In this document: piece after piece, positions 46,142 through 56,301 of the stretch
Layout of the letters: each line of letters opens with the position of its first letter
Numbering within the stretch: position 1 is the first letter of the stretch
Assembly (NCBI GenBank): GCA_041742135.1
Contig: JBGSJG010000001.1
Coordinates: 131,151 to 195,150, forward strand
Origin: Patescibacteria group bacterium
GTDB taxonomy: Bacteria; Patescibacteriota; Microgenomatia; UBA8517
DNA: 64,000 bases
Direction: 5' to 3'
The notes under the pieces: model-generated
What the model was told of the DNA's origin: nothing
Databases searched by the model: none
The model's input: only the letters and a program-made list of their open reading frames with translations
Program-made: the position numbers and the translations under genes

Positions 46142-48568
46142 ATGACAACTGAACATGGTGATGATCCGATGTCTCCTAGGCCGGAGGAATCTGAATTTGA
46201 AGCAAGAAGACTTACTGGGGAGAGAGGGTCTATTTATCGAGTGGAACTGTCGCGTTTTCCTGAACTTCTCGATCCAAGGGCTGTGGTGATACAAGGTAGG
46301 GAATTTATCGGGCAGATGGTAGACACCTTTTACGAAACAGGGGAGACCGTGAGTCCATATGTCGTTCAGGACACAAAACGTAGGACCAGAGAGAAGCCGG
46401 AATTATATCGTGACATTATGGAGACAGGCGCTTATTCTTTTACTGACGAAGAGCTGAGAGCTGGCCTAGTAGAGCGCCCACAGCAAACACTATGGATGCA
46501 AGTTCCTGATGCCTATATTGCAAGATTGTCTTTACCTGCTGGTGATCCCCAAAAAGTAGACATTGTTGACGATGGAACAAAGAAATATTGGTTAGTCGAT
46601 GGTCAACGTATGCCCTTTGCAGACAACGGTGAGCTTATGAGGCGAACAAAAGGCGAGAAGGCTGAGTCGAATCGATTTTATGTTGGTGTTGAGTCGCGAG
46701 GTGTTAGCAAAGAAGATGCTCGCAGGAATCGCGAGGTGTTAGCACATTCAATTGAAGGTGTTGGTGTAATTCTTGAAGCTTGGGATAATTTAATACAAAA
46801 AACTCACGAACAAGACCTTTTTGCTGATAGTGACGAAAATTACGTTAAACAGAAATTTTTAAGGATTGGCAAGGTAATAATGAGGGCACGGTATTACGCT
46901 GAAATCTTTAGAGCCCCAGAGACCCGAGAGGGTCTTGCGCCTGCTGGTGCTAAGCTTGAGCAAGCGGTTCTTGCTTGGCAGGATTTGCTTCAAAATAGAG
47001 CGGTTGTTGAAATTGAAATCCCCAATCCTAATAAACCAGAGGAAACTATTAAGGCAAAACGAGTCATGCCAAACGCTCACGCTTATGCCAAAAACTGGGG
47101 AATGCGTGAACTAAACACCGAATATGTTCAAAGTCGTGTTGCTCAGCAGTTTGCTGGTGAGCGAGCCCCTGAAGGAGTGGACCATCAACACTTCCGCCAT
47201 GTGCGAGATAAGGACAATAGGAGAATTGCACGGCAAGCGGCGATTTTGGTGGACCATTTTGATTTAGATGCTGCTTATCCTTTTGACCTAGTATGGGAGA
47301 GAGACGCTTCAGGTAAGATGCGAATAACGAGTGTTGTTGAGGAGGTTGCCTATGTTGACTCTGCAAAACTTACACACCCTACTGCGCGAAGGGTCAAAGA
47401 GCGTTTCGGGGATGTGTTGGTTGTTTCAGGTATTCATGATCGGAGGAACGCGGAGAGCAGGCGGGACCACCCAAGAGCTTCTGGGTCACCCGTAACTCTT
47501 TATACACTTCCCGAATTGTCGAGTGATTTTTTGAATGTCACCTCAGTGGAAGTGGTTGCTTTTAATAAGGGCGACCTTGAAAAACGGAAAACAAATCGCG
47601 AGCAACAAGTTAGAAGAAAAGTTATTAAAGTAACCATAGATCAAAGAGCTTTTGGTGCAAAAGATCCCAAAGAAGACAAAAGAGTTTTTTATGGGACTTC
47701 TGACTCTCGGCGTTGGAGTTATGTTAGAAAAGCGAAAGAGGCAGGAAAGAAATCCGACGACGACGTTTGGGTATACGAGGTAACCGGTTTGGGAGACAAT
47801 CGAATTTGGGATGAAGTGCAGGCGGTAGTTAAAGTGGATGGTGAGACAACAGCGTTTGCAAGGGAAGACATTCTTGCGATTACACCAGTCGACAGCAAAG
47901 GAAAAACTGCAAGAGAACTTATGGCTGATGGGGTAGAGAAACTCGAGGTTGCCATGGGCACAACCACAAATGCGACTGAAATTCCAAAAGGTCTTTTGGA
48001 ATTCTATGCTTGGGCTGGAATTTACGGCGAGTTTACAAGGGAGGATTTCGAAAGACAGTTTGCTGAGTATACAGACAAGGACCCTGCGAAATTAAGAAGC
48101 ATTAGTAAGCAGCTTGGCGTGGCAGTTAATCAACTTGCTAACACACACCAACTATCGCGCGATACTGTAGCTAAATTAGAAGAATACCTGAGAATTTCGT
48201 TAATGGCGGGTTTAGCTGCTGCAATTATAGTTGGTAAAGACGTTAAAACAGGCACTCGATCTGAGGAGCAACCTACTCTGATTCCTTTAGAGGCTCGAGG
48301 TAAAGATAACATATTTATACCACTAAAGAGAGCTATGCTAAAAGCGGAGTTTGTTAAAAGAAAAGAAGGCAAGCTTGGAAACGAACCAGAATGGGCAGAC
48401 AAAGACGAAGAGGGACTTTTTGATTTTATTGTTAACAGCCAAAACTTGGGGCCGATGAGCCCGTGGGACTTGGCAGAAAACGGTAGACGTTTTTTTACTG
48501 ACGCACAACTTGAAGAGCTACGACCTTTGTACAGTATTCTCTTTTTGCCTGGCAGCACAAGGGAATAA
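46142..48568 (+). CDS. Large charged hypothetical protein (~808 aa), no signal peptide
   Basis: Long uninterrupted ORF, E/R/D/K-rich. ATG 46142 lies 6 nt after TGG-TAAAAT. Confidence 0.8.
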   Translation: MTTEHGDDPMSPRPEESEFEARRLTGERGSIYRVELSRFPELLDPRAVVIQGREFIGQMVDTFYETGETVSPYVVQDTKRRTREKPELYRDIMETGAYSFTDEELRAGLVERPQQTLWMQVPDAYIARLSLPAGDPQKVDIVDDGTKKYWLVDGQRMPFADNGELMRRTKGEKAESNRFYVGVESRGVSKEDARRNREVLAHSIEGVGVILEAWDNLIQKTHEQDLFADSDENYVKQKFLRIGKVIMRARYYAEIFRAPETREGLAPAGAKLEQAVLAWQDLLQNRAVVEIEIPNPNKPEETIKAKRVMPNAHAYAKNWGMRELNTEYVQSRVAQQFAGERAPEGVDHQHFRHVRDKDNRRIARQAAILVDHFDLDAAYPFDLVWERDASGKMRITSVVEEVAYVDSAKLTHPTARRVKERFGDVLVVSGIHDRRNAESRRDHPRASGSPVTLYTLPELSSDFLNVTSVEVVAFNKGDLEKRKTNREQQVRRKVIKVTIDQRAFGAKDPKEDKRVFYGTSDSRRWSYVRKAKEAGKKSDDDVWVYEVTGLGDNRIWDEVQAVVKVDGETTAFAREDILAITPVDSKGKTARELMADGVEKLEVAMGTTTNATEIPKGLLEFYAWAGIYGEFTREDFERQFAEYTDKDPAKLRSISKQLGVAVNQLANTHQLSRDTVAKLEEYLRISLMAGLAAAIIVGKDVKTGTRSEEQPTLIPLEARGKDNIFIPLKRAMLKAEFVKRKEGKLGNEPEWADKDEEGLFDFIVNSQNLGPMSPWDLAENGRRFFTDAQLEELRPLYSILFLPGSTRE

Positions 48569-48637
48569 AACAATCTTCTTATACAAAAAACCCCACCCAA
48601 GTTTGCGATAGTGAAATTGTCTTTTTGAGTGAAGAGT

Positions 48638-50272
48638 CTAAAGTGTTTTTGGTGTTCGATCTCCTCTACGGCCAATGGCCTTAACAACCCCTGTACTACT
48701 TTCTCTTAAGACTTGAGCACCCATACCTTCACCGGTTGACAGCAGAGTTCTGCCGACAGCATTTCTGAGCCACCCTTCACCTGATTGCATCCCTGCTCCT
48801 CTGAGTGCCAGTCCGTAGCCAATACCACTCTTTGCACCACCTGCGGCAGCCCCAATCGCCATTCCAGCGAGTCCTGCTCCAATCATACCTGAACGTTCTC
48901 TAGACATTTGCCCTGATATTATCAAGGATTTAATGTTATTAGCAAGACCTGGAGCCATCAGAAGCAGTGTTGAGCCAATAAATATTGCAAGCAGAGTAAC
49001 ATCTATACCACTAAAGCCGGGGAAGCTGATTTGCCCTGAGTTGACCAAAGGCTCGACACCATACGGATTTCCAGCGACAGTGTTTTCTAGAAGTCCACCA
49101 GATCCGCCCCCCATACCAAAAAGTAAAATATGGGCGAACATTACAGCAACTGAAATAGTTACGAATATAGATGCATGCCCAACAAGAGATCGAAGCATTT
49201 GAGTAAACATATTCCCACTTGGCGAGGCGACATATCCTAGTGCAGCGAAAGGCAAAGCAATAACATGGAGGATAATCATCACATATGTTCTTAGAAATAT
49301 CCAAAATATGCGAATGATGGCCAAAATAATCAATAGAAGCATGACCACCAACACTAGAATGCCAGCCACTATCCCGAGCACCCACCCAACCACTGGAAAC
49401 CCTCCAAAACCGCTTTTAAGAACAATCCAAACAACTGCGAGACCAAAATTCAATAATCCTCCGCCAATATCGTTGATAAGATTAAATATTGCTACGGGAT
49501 CTAGGCTGGATACTCCAGATTGCGACACGACAGCAGCAATGACTCCTTGAATAACATAGGACATATCAATTACAAACCCTGCAATTGCGTAGGAAAAAGT
49601 AATTAAAATAAAACCAATAATTACTCGAGGAATAGCTGAGGTGACACTGACACTTACTTGTGGCGAGATTCTCGCTCTAAACATGACCATGAAGGCTAAA
49701 AGAATAACTGCCAACGCCATAAGCGCGTAAGCCGCATTTCTAGAGGCTGCCCAAAGTTTTAAGATTGGTGCTAATGACCCGAAACCAAATCCTGCCTGTT
49801 GAGCATATGCTGGCTGTATTCCAATATTGTCCATAATTCCAGCAACATACGAAACCCCAGAGACAGGCCTGGTGGTTATCATTAAGTCAGAAAGCCGTGC
49901 AAATTCCAGAAAACCAAGACTCTTGCGAGGGGAAAGGGCGGTATCGGGTGAAGATGCGTCTGCAGTTGTAACACAACCCACAAAGTCGTCAAGCGCTGGG
50001 TGTTGTGTAGCACACTCAGAAATGTCGTGCTCGATGGCAAAATTTATTAGCGAATAAATGACCCACCAAACTTGTGCATGTGTGTATCTTTCACCAAAAA
50101 TTTCATTGTCAGGGATCGCTGTGTTGTTAACTTTGTCATTAAATTGCTGAAAGGTAGGAGCCCACCATTCGGCCTGAGCAGAGACAGTAGAGGGTTTAAC
50201 TGCTCCTATGAGAAAGATGGACGACAGTAGTGCGGCGACTAAGAATTTCTTAAACATCGATGATAATATCAT
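48638..50272 (-). CDS. VirB6/TrbL-like polytopic membrane protein
   Basis: Signal peptide, then LW...RN.AY...AFMVMFR, PRVIIGFILITFSYAIAGFVID, multiple TMs and a Gly-rich C-tail; T4SS context. Confidence 0.7.
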   Translation of the reverse strand: MILSSMFKKFLVAALLSSIFLIGAVKPSTVSAQAEWWAPTFQQFNDKVNNTAIPDNEIFGERYTHAQVWWVIYSLINFAIEHDISECATQHPALDDFVGCVTTADASSPDTALSPRKSLGFLEFARLSDLMITTRPVSGVSYVAGIMDNIGIQPAYAQQAGFGFGSLAPILKLWAASRNAAYALMALAVILLAFMVMFRARISPQVSVSVTSAIPRVIIGFILITFSYAIAGFVIDMSYVIQGVIAAVVSQSGVSSLDPVAIFNLINDIGGGLLNFGLAVVWIVLKSGFGGFPVVGWVLGIVAGILVLVVMLLLIILAIIRIFWIFLRTYVMIILHVIALPFAALGYVASPSGNMFTQMLRSLVGHASIFVTISVAVMFAHILLFGMGGGSGGLLENTVAGNPYGVEPLVNSGQISFPGFSGIDVTLLAIFIGSTLLLMAPGLANNIKSLIISGQMSRERSGMIGAGLAGMAIGAAAGGAKSGIGYGLALRGAGMQSGEGWLRNAVGRTLLSTGEGMGAQVLRESSTGVVKAIGRRGDRTPKTL

Positions 50273-50300
50273 ATGCTTTTTGACTGTACCAGTGCAATAG

Positions 50301-53300
50301 TTAAGGTTGGCAAGTTAGTGACTTAGGGCTAACCGGCATTGGACAAGCGGAGAAATAATCCCAAGCTGTAGATGCTATCGCATCAAAGTATGTTGGTGAA
50401 GCAAAGCTCGTGCAACTTGATCCTCCTCGGAAGAAAATCTCCATGGCAATTTCCATGTCAGACCAACCTCTTGCTCTCAGTGTTGTAAAGCAGTTTGGGT
50501 AAGTTGATTGATAGGGGGTTTGGCTGTTCCAGATTTGTAAAAATCGAGTGTATTGAGCGTTGAAATTTTCAGGCGGGTATGCGGCATTGTTGATTCCAAA
50601 GTCCTGCCACAGTAGTGGCGAAGCTGTGTAGTTGCTGCAAGCGCTTTCGTGAGCCCAGATGGCTAACGCAAACGTTGGGTGAACGCCTAACGCGACCGCT
50701 CGGGAAACCACGTCGTTGTAACATCTTCGACCGTTTGACACCCCTCGGGAGTCCCATTGTTCACAGATTCTGATTGCATTATCTTTAAATGAACCAAGGT
50801 ATTGTGCAGGTAACGCAGTGTCTGGAATATCTGTCCTACAATTTGCTTCTGAGGCAATAGGTGGCGCAGGTTCGTCTGGTAGCTCGTCTTCCGAGAAGGT
50901 TTCATTTCCACAAAGCCCCAGAGGTCGAAGTGCACACTGAATACCTTCTAGGAAATAATCCTGCACACTTCCGATGTGAGGGAAATAAAACTCAGCTGCA
51001 CTACCGGGGCGGTTATTGCCAGACAGAGCTGAAACAGAGGCGGACGATCCATTTTCGACACTGATACTATTGGCTAAATACCCAGAGGTTGTTTCAGCCG
51101 GGATGTCTTTTATTGTTGAAAGAGGAGCGTCGGCGCTAATTCTAGGAAAAATACGTCTAAACACTGACCACGATCCCGCTACGAGCCGTTGCCAGACACT
51201 GTCTGCTTCTGGTGTATTTGCTGACATCGCAAGTGGAATGGTAATAGTTTTTTGGCAAGTGGTTGGGTATGTCATAGCTGCTTCTCTACAACCAACATTG
51301 TCAAATACTCCAGCGGGGGGGAGTGGAAGGACACATCGGCCAAGTCCTGGGGTACAGCTTGGGTCAGGATTCCAGGTACCCCCTATTCCGCAAGCTGCGG
51401 GCGACTCGCAATATCCAATTAACCAACAAGCGTTGTAGAGGTTTTGGTCTACTGAAGGTGTGAAATCACAGGTAAAGTCAGCGGTATAGCTTAGTGTGGC
51501 TTGGAGTGGATTTTCTCCAGCTACACCCTCTCGTTCAAGTTCGCCGTACAAATCATCTCCAGCATTTGATCTTGTGTCTTGGAATTCGCAACCCGGCATG
51601 CGTTGTGGGAGAGTGATGTCATCAGTCTTAGGGCTGTCAAGTGCACCAGTATATTCACCTGGAATGAATGTGCGCTGTGTAACCTCTGCCAATTCTTTCG
51701 TTTCTTCCATGTGAGCAAAATATAGATTTCTGCTGGCGCTGCCTGTTGGTGAATCACTTCCTTCTTGAGTTACAGTAAAATCTGTAATAGTTACCCCTTC
51801 GCCAGAAGGTAAGCCTATCGGGCTAAAAGAGGCCATGCCTATACGATCTTCTGTGGAAGAATATGGTACATATCCCAGAGCTTCTGGGCTTGAGAATGTT
51901 GTTGCCCCCATAGTTTTTAGAAATGTGTTAGCGAGCACCCCAGTCAGCCGGTTGTAGGTATTGCTTTGGCTGTAACACGCTTCGGGCGAATCGACAGAGC
52001 CGCACTCCACAATTTGATCATGTCTTTGGGTGCCAACATTATATCCTTGCTGAAACCTAAGGCCGTCAAATTTGTTTTCGTAGTAAGGAATAAAGCCAAA
52101 ATACCAACCTGCTATGTATCTGTCACCACTTTGAACTCGTTGGGGGAGAAGTTTTTTGATCGGGCCAGACATCGAAAGGAGCAGGTCTTGGTCGCTGGGA
52201 AAGCTAAAAAAACGCTCTTCAGCTCTTTGCACTACACCATTTAAGTACCAACTGGCATACCCCGCCATACGGTCTTTGTAGGTGAGTGTCGCGTTGGGAC
52301 CAGTTGCGTTGGGAACCAGTTGAGTATTTCCCATTATAGGCAACTGGGCTCTACTCAAATCGATTTCGGCATTTAAGTTACTATCTACGATAAACCTACA
52401 AGTTTGCGTCTCACCCGCGTCCCCGGTGCAGCTACCGGGGACTGCTTGCCCTTGGTTAACCTCAAGCGTTTCAATTACCGTAAAATCATTACCACACTGA
52501 TTAACGCCGCTGGCGGTTTTGTTGCACGGGTTTGCTGGGTATGGGCGAAGAGAGTGGTATTCTGGGTCGGTTACCGTGTTGCAATCCCAATTTTCGATTT
52601 CGTATGGCGTTGTAGTAATACAAGCAGGAGTTGCCCATAGCTCTGTGGCTGGTTCGTTAGGACCAGCAATTACCCACAGGTCGCCCGATATTTTTGAATT
52701 AACGTCTGCTAGAAAGTTGGCGTACTCCACTGGGTTTGCGAAATCACAAGTGTTTCCCGCACACACCCTAAGAATTGGTTTTTTACCCAACTCGTGAGCT
52801 CTGTTTGCAAAGTCTGCAACCGTTTGCACAGCTCCTCGGGAATAAGCAATTTCAAGTATCCAGTTAACATTGCCACTGTAGCCAACCGCAGTATTCACAA
52901 ATGTTCCAGGAGTGACCTCCATCGCCGAGTTAACACCTGCCTTGCCCGGATTGGTGCTGGTAATAGTGTCAAACTCCGCCTTATCAAGTTGGTGGCGAGT
53001 AAATTCTTGATTTCCGCCGAGGGCATTAAAATAGTTAATTGATGAAACCTTCGGGTCGTTTGCAGTGATTTGGTGTTGAGAAGCGGCAAGGCTGATCGAC
53101 CCAGGATTGGCATCATAATTAAAGTCACCATATTCTGTGAAGAATGTCGGGCCTCCAGTAAAGCGAGTTTTCCAAGATACACCCCGACCATCGGGTATGT
53201 CCGCTCGGGAATACCAGTCGTACGATGTAAAACTAAAACCACCACCCGGGACGTGTGAGTAAGAGTTACCCGCAAAGCCGTCAAGCCTACTGAAATCACC

Positions 53301-53585
53301 CCTTTCGCCGGGTTGAGTAGTCATCAAATCAAATATTTGCCATTCTACAGAGCTTGTTAGATTAAATGCGGGAGAGAGAAGCTTAATGTGGCTTAAATTT
53401 CCAGCACGAGTAGTAAGGGCGTTCATGTATATTGCCAAGTCGCGCGCAATGCACTGCACGTCAGGCTCGCCTGTAGTTTGAGCTTGTATTGCTGGGGGGG
53501 CAGAAGCTCTAGGCAACAAAACAACAACTAATGCAGTCAAAACAATTGTTGAACACAAAAGAAGCTTGGTGGCTAAATGCTTCAT
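50301..53585 (-). CDS. Large secreted multidomain protein (putative GH-A-like N-domain, Cys-rich core, lysozyme-like C-domain)
   Basis: Signal peptide; TEYG and NEP motifs; C-terminal GVHPTFALAIWAHES...DFGI. Confidence 0.7.
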   Translation of the reverse strand: MKHLATKLLLCSTIVLTALVVVLLPRASAPPAIQAQTTGEPDVQCIARDLAIYMNALTTRAGNLSHIKLLSPAFNLTSSVEWQIFDLMTTQPGERGDFSRLDGFAGNSYSHVPGGGFSFTSYDWYSRADIPDGRGVSWKTRFTGGPTFFTEYGDFNYDANPGSISLAASQHQITANDPKVSSINYFNALGGNQEFTRHQLDKAEFDTITSTNPGKAGVNSAMEVTPGTFVNTAVGYSGNVNWILEIAYSRGAVQTVADFANRAHELGKKPILRVCAGNTCDFANPVEYANFLADVNSKISGDLWVIAGPNEPATELWATPACITTTPYEIENWDCNTVTDPEYHSLRPYPANPCNKTASGVNQCGNDFTVIETLEVNQGQAVPGSCTGDAGETQTCRFIVDSNLNAEIDLSRAQLPIMGNTQLVPNATGPNATLTYKDRMAGYASWYLNGVVQRAEERFFSFPSDQDLLLSMSGPIKKLLPQRVQSGDRYIAGWYFGFIPYYENKFDGLRFQQGYNVGTQRHDQIVECGSVDSPEACYSQSNTYNRLTGVLANTFLKTMGATTFSSPEALGYVPYSSTEDRIGMASFSPIGLPSGEGVTITDFTVTQEGSDSPTGSASRNLYFAHMEETKELAEVTQRTFIPGEYTGALDSPKTDDITLPQRMPGCEFQDTRSNAGDDLYGELEREGVAGENPLQATLSYTADFTCDFTPSVDQNLYNACWLIGYCESPAACGIGGTWNPDPSCTPGLGRCVLPLPPAGVFDNVGCREAAMTYPTTCQKTITIPLAMSANTPEADSVWQRLVAGSWSVFRRIFPRISADAPLSTIKDIPAETTSGYLANSISVENGSSASVSALSGNNRPGSAAEFYFPHIGSVQDYFLEGIQCALRPLGLCGNETFSEDELPDEPAPPIASEANCRTDIPDTALPAQYLGSFKDNAIRICEQWDSRGVSNGRRCYNDVVSRAVALGVHPTFALAIWAHESACSNYTASPLLWQDFGINNAAYPPENFNAQYTRFLQIWNSQTPYQSTYPNCFTTLRARGWSDMEIAMEIFFRGGSSCTSFASPTYFDAIASTAWDYFSACPMPVSPKSLTCQP

Positions 53586-53622
53586 CGAATATATTATACC
53601 AAGAATGGCGACTAGTTAATTG

Positions 53623-53961
53623 TCAATTGTAGATGTCGAAGTTGAGAATTGCGGGTACACCAACAAAATTGGCAATTATTTGAACAATCAAAAACGCCAA
53701 AGCCAAAACTACTGTTCCCGCTATGGCATAAGTAATTGTGCTTTTGGCTCCCGCAACTTGCCTTGGGTCGCCACCTGAGAAAATAAAATAGAATCCTCCG
53801 ACAATAAGCATTACAAAAAGGATTATTCCACCAATTGGGAGTAGTGATGAAACAATTCTGCCAAAAACATCCGTGAGAGAGTAGAGTCCCGAAGCGCAAT
53901 TTTCACCGACAGCCCCAGGTGGGCACGGCGTGGGATCTTGCGCAAAAATAATTGATAGCAT
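53623..53961 (-). CDS. VirB2/TrbC-like pilin
   Basis: Two TMs joined by GG.....SGGDP....AK..IT.A..G. Confidence 0.8.
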   Translation of the reverse strand: MLSIIFAQDPTPCPPGAVGENCASGLYSLTDVFGRIVSSLLPIGGIILFVMLIVGGFYFIFSGGDPRQVAGAKSTITYAIAGTVVLALAFLIVQIIANFVGVPAILNFDIYN

Positions 53962-54046
53962 GAGTATAGTTTAAACTAGTTGAGTTGATATATTCAATAC
54001 ATAGCAATATAATTGGCGATTTGCATCAATAGTGGTAAACATAAAT

Positions 54047-54775
54047 ATGGTTAAAAATAAGATTGATTTTCCGAACTACCCAGAGGTGAATAAAAAGAAC
54101 TTTAAGTCGTGGAACGATGACATGTTTCTGAAATACAACAACGAGCGCGTTTACAAGCACCCTAATTTGATAATTAGATATATTGAGAGGAAAAGAGTAG
54201 AAGCTTTAATACAATTTCTCGGTCGTATCAAAAGGTCAGACAAAATACTGGCTGCTGGTTGCGGGGAGGGATACATAGAAAAGAAGATTAATAAAGGAAA
54301 ACTCTTTTTGGTCGACATCTCGCCCCATGCAGTAGAGAGGGCCAAAAGGGGTCTGCACGATCTAAAAAATATTAAATATTTTGTCGCAGATCTTGAAAAG
54401 TTGCCCTTCCCTGATGGGTATTTTGATAAAATCGAATGCTCGGAGGTCATAGAACATGTTTTATCTCCAGAAAAGATGTTAATAGAATTCAAGCGAGTTT
54501 TGAAATCCGACGGAATTTTGGTGGTCAGCTTTCCCAACGAGCCTCTGATCAATTTTCTTAAAAGCGCTTTGTTAAAGATAGGCATACTCCATCTAGTTTT
54601 TCCAAACATTCCCGACAACATGCTGGAAGAGTGGCACTTAAGATCTATGGACTTAACAACTTTTAAGAATTTTACGAAGACTGATTGGAAAATCAAATCG
54701 TTCGCAGCCGCACCGAATAAACTGTTGCCGATAAGATACGTTGTATTGTGTGAGAAAAAAGTGACTCATTTTTGA
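54047..54775 (+). CDS. Class I SAM-dependent methyltransferase
   Basis: ILAAGCGEG, VDISP, ADLEKLPFPDGYFD, EVIEHV, LKSDG. Confidence 0.88.
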   Translation: MVKNKIDFPNYPEVNKKNFKSWNDDMFLKYNNERVYKHPNLIIRYIERKRVEALIQFLGRIKRSDKILAAGCGEGYIEKKINKGKLFLVDISPHAVERAKRGLHDLKNIKYFVADLEKLPFPDGYFDKIECSEVIEHVLSPEKMLIEFKRVLKSDGILVVSFPNEPLINFLKSALLKIGILHLVFPNIPDNMLEEWHLRSMDLTTFKNFTKTDWKIKSFAAAPNKLLPIRYVVLCEKKVTHF

Positions 54776-56271
54776 TAGATTATTGACATCTCGTCTTCAA
54801 AGACCACTTCCCACCCTATCTTTTCAACTTCGCTTTGTAGAGATATTTGTTTTGGGCAATAAGTTAAGCCGAGAGAGTAGGCCAACCTGTCAAATTTCTC
54901 TGCGAAAACGCCCTTTGTCGTCTTTGTTGTGTTAGTGATTTTTGAGACCAAAATTGTATCGGTGTTGTATTTTGTGATGGTTTCATAAAAATCTTTGTAG
55001 CCACAGTTTATGTCTAAGTACTCGAGAAACGCATGGTCACTTTCTCCTTCTGGGGCAATCCATGAAAAGCCAGACATTCTTCCGTCAACAAAAAACTTTT
55101 TATTAGGCATTTGCCATATTAAATAGCCACCTAGGCCGTAATCAGCAAAAATGTTAGTAGAATCATTGTTTAAGGAAAGAAATGTTACGGCTCTGTAAGG
55201 GTAAAAGCCGTCTTCGTTGAGGTGCCGCCATGTGCGTGATGAGGCAAACACCGCTAAAGCCCAAACTAAAACACTTACTAGAACTAGTATTTTATAGAAA
55301 ATATTTAATCTCTCTGAGCCCTTAAGAAATTTTTTTGCCCGCTGCTCTGTGTGGTTTAGGTATTTAACAAGAAAGGGTGCCATTAGAAGTGCAGATAGTG
55401 GTGCGTATCGCCCACTGTAAACGCCTGCAAATATGCTGCCCGCTACAACTACTACTTCCCAAAGCCTTATCTTATTTTTGTTAACGAATATAAAAGTGGC
55501 TGTGAAGGCTGAAATCGCAAAAAAACCCACGTCAAAAGTAAACAATGCCGAGGCCCATTCGCTTACTGATTGTCTGAAAAGCTCACCTTGACTCATTTGT
55601 TTAACGACCTCTTCCCAGTTTCTAATGCCATATGGGTTTGCTAGGGTAGCAGCTATGCTCATCAGAAGAACTAGAAAGTCTGAAGATATAATCCGCCGTT
55701 TCTGGAAAGATTTGAACAGAATTAACAAGGCAGATAGCCCAATACCCAAAACATAGCTTCCGTGAAGATTTGTCCACACAAACATCAAGAGAGGAAGAAA
55801 CAATCGAAGTTTGTTCCAATTCGTACGATCGTAAAAAATTTTAACTAAAATAGCCAGCAGAAACCAATTAAAAACTTGCGGGCGTACTCCAACTCTTAGT
55901 GTCATACTGGAAATGACCAATAACCACGGAAGAAGAAAATACTTAGTTTTTCCGTAGACTGAAATTACAATTGAAGCAGAAGTCAGTGCAATGATGACAT
56001 GCAGGAGCGCAAGGGTATTGTACCCAAAAAGATTGTAAACGTGATAATAGAGAAAATTCGAAAGCCACTCATAGTCAATGTACGGGTATGTCTGCATTGT
56101 ATACGAAAATGGGTTTCCAGTGGGGAAGCCAACCCTCGCAATTATTTCGCCTACACGATAATGCCAACCAAAATCAGGGTCAATGAAGGTCCTTGTTCCC
56201 AGAAACAATAACGTACCCACTATAACAAAAGCTAGGCGAAAAACGTATCGTGGTTTAATGTGGCTTAACAT
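54766..56271 (-). CDS. Polytopic GT-C-like membrane protein
   Basis: DPDFGWH..VG, PFSYT, YEWL, RPQVF, WTNLHGSY, NPYG, GGYLIW, FVDGR; about 11 TMs plus a C-terminal soluble domain. Confidence 0.65.
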   Translation of the reverse strand: MLSHIKPRYVFRLAFVIVGTLLFLGTRTFIDPDFGWHYRVGEIIARVGFPTGNPFSYTMQTYPYIDYEWLSNFLYYHVYNLFGYNTLALLHVIIALTSASIVISVYGKTKYFLLPWLLVISSMTLRVGVRPQVFNWFLLAILVKIFYDRTNWNKLRLFLPLLMFVWTNLHGSYVLGIGLSALLILFKSFQKRRIISSDFLVLLMSIAATLANPYGIRNWEEVVKQMSQGELFRQSVSEWASALFTFDVGFFAISAFTATFIFVNKNKIRLWEVVVVAGSIFAGVYSGRYAPLSALLMAPFLVKYLNHTEQRAKKFLKGSERLNIFYKILVLVSVLVWALAVFASSRTWRHLNEDGFYPYRAVTFLSLNNDSTNIFADYGLGGYLIWQMPNKKFFVDGRMSGFSWIAPEGESDHAFLEYLDINCGYKDFYETITKYNTDTILVSKITNTTKTTKGVFAEKFDRLAYSLGLTYCPKQISLQSEVEKIGWEVVFEDEMSIIYQK

Positions 56272-56301
56272 AATCAGACGATATGCTAGTTTAGTGTTTA
56301 T

